A stretch of DNA of 64,000 nucleotides from the human T2T-CHM13v2.0 reference genome, Homo sapiens: NCBI RefSeq assembly GCF_009914755.1, contig NC_060925.1; one strand, 5' to 3'. The translations under genes and the position numbers were made by a program. Positions 62,034 to 64,000 of this stretch are shown here, one piece after another. Positions within the stretch are counted from its first letter, which is position 1. Each line of letters begins with the position of its first letter. The notes beneath the pieces are model-generated. The model was not told where the DNA came from. It ran no database searches and saw nothing but the letters and a program-made list of their open reading frames with translations.

Positions 62034-63117
62034 TTAAAAGCTAAAAAGGTCTTTGTCTGGAGTAGTCCCCAGGAGTTAAGCTTGCTAAGAAAAGAAATGG
62101 ACTTTGCTTTAAAAATATGAATTATCTTAATACCATATCAGAAGCTGTAGAAGAAATAAAAAAAAAATCCTTGGGAACTCTTGGAGATCTGCCTAGACCC
62201 ATCTTAATGTGAAAATAAAACCTTAGATGCCAATAGACAGATATAAAAAGGAAAAAGAGATGTTTCTAGATCAAATGGCTCAAAGAGAGGAGATTAGAAA
62301 AGAGGAGGAAATGTTTTGTTTTAGATTCAAAAGGGTTGCTGTAGTCCAAAGAAATCCCACAGAGCAAGAGAATAAGAGCTTAACCAATCTTAAAGGAAGC
62401 CTGGATCCAAGAAAACGCGCCTTTTAACGCTGAAGGTAATTTATGAAACAGCAACTGGAGAACCACTTCTTGAAAGTTGGAATAGCTATACAAAAGGTTT
62501 CAGGAGAAGAAATTAGACTACTTTAGGAAAGATCATCTTAAAATACTTGCAGCATTATTGGGGTAAATTTCAAGGAGACTAGTTATTGTAGGTGGAATTG
62601 TGTTGGTTATTGTTTAACAACCCACTCTCTGGAAAATAATAACCTTATTCGTAGCATTTGTCAATCTCTGAGATATGAATACTCCCTCCATGACTGATTT
62701 CAAGCATTCAATGTAAAGTCACTGAACACAAAGTTGGAAGAGATGCGCACAGCCAGCTCTATGAGCCAATGAGAGCCAGCTCCAGCACACAATGGTGCAG
62801 ATGCAGCTATTGAAGTATGCCAAAATTCGTGAAACTTGACCTCTAAGAGAATATGAGGAATACAGAAAAAATACTAACAGGGACCTGGGGAAAACAATAA
62901 AAGATGAAATCCTGTTCTGGTTTAGATGTTGGTCTGCTGCAATACTACTATTAGGTTTACCAATCCAGGTTTGGAAGCCAAAGTGGATATGCTTGAACAA
63001 TAGATTACCTTATTGACCAGAATTCACTGACTTATCATGTCTTACTGTAAAGCCGCCCACTATAAAATATATGTATATACATATCTCATAAATTTTTAAA
63101 AAGCCAATGTCTAGGGC

Positions 63118-63240
63118 TGGGCTGATATTCCGCACCAGTATATACCAACATGGCCATATGTCTTATTTACAGTCAGCATTTCTTTCTATTGGTTAGTGAC
63201 TGTGCCATACTAATTGTTAAATACTTGAGTATCATCCCTG
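63118..63240. mobile_element. hAT-superfamily MITE with perfect 8-bp TSD
   Basis: Inverted termini gggctgatattc / gagtatcatccc; TSD TCTAGGGC at 63110-63117 and 63241-63248. Confidence 0.75.
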
Positions 63241-64000
63241 TCTAGGGCAGAGATCAAAAAGGAGAAAGGAAAGAGAGTGCTTAGTCCAGCTAATACCGGT
63301 AGCCTTCCATGTTGTGGTAGAGAATGAAAGGAACAAACTAAAGAAGAAAGTTAAACTGTCAGAATCTCAGCTGAGCTTTTCTTAAAAGGCAAAGAGAAAC
63401 TAGCAAGGAAAATGAAGCATTAGAGACATATCCCATTACTGGAGAAAAATATTACAGTGAAAAAAAATGTTACTCAAGGCCTGTAACATCTAAAAGCAGA
63501 GGAAAAATAAGAACTGCACGGCAGATGTGCTTAGGGGCATAGACTTCAGAAATGTCAATGGCAACCTCTGTTTTAGAGCCTTCCAAGGGTAATGCCCTAG
63601 CTAAAAGGGATGTCAAGGCAAGGGTAAAAACCTTAAACGACAGAAGTCTTAGGATTAAACAATGCCATAGGAAAAGACATGGTGGGGCCACTGAGGCACA
63701 AGATTGGTAAATATCTGCACACAAAGCTCAAAGAGGCTATATCTCTAAACAGAGCCCACATCCAACTTGGTTCTCAGGCACCAGGTACAAGCACTCTAAA
63801 TAAGCCAAGACAAAAAAGAGGTTTTGAATGTACAAGATGGGAAAACAAAACAAAACAAAAAGTCCCCAAACTGGTGCTTAGGCCTGCCACCACTGCATGT
63901 CTAAATTTAGAAGAGATATGTCTCTCTGAGAAAGGGGACTGAGTATAAATCTGATAAATCTATGGCCATTATAGACTCTTTCATGGGAGTTTTTCCCCAA

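Noticed and set aside
62200-62590. Possible CR1/L3 remnant and 66-aa Lys/Glu-rich ORF
   Set aside because: Similarity too weak to call by eye; the ORF composition reflects A-rich sequence.

Overview
Primate (human-like) non-coding genomic DNA, AT-rich, CpG-depleted and dense in interspersed repeats: L2, MIR, CR1, L1M/HAL1, L1PA, Alu, MaLR/ERVL LTRs and DNA-transposon MITEs. I cannot support any host protein-coding exon, RNA gene or CpG island, and I do not recognise the locus. The recognisable ORFs are L1 ORF2, Alu or ERVL-pol remnants; the rest look like chance ORFs. Notable structures read from the sequence: (1) an L1PA7-like insertion whose target-site duplication encloses about 130 bp of unique DNA (3' transduction), head-to-head with a young L1PA2-like copy lacking a normal TSD; (2) several short intra-locus duplications, including a perfect 31-bp copy 6 kb from its source that coincides with an AG/24-nt/GTAAGT microexon-like unit, and a ~390-bp copy replacing the middle of an MLT1 LTR; (3) a two-LTR ancient ERVL (LTR16C-type) provirus of ~10.6 kb with nested insertions; (4) a mosaic Alu and a few regulatory motif candidates. 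Repeat subfamily names come from recalled consensus features, not a database run, and boundaries of old repeats are approximate. I found no convincing novel gene system; the templated-duplication/microexon set is the best candidate for something undescribed.
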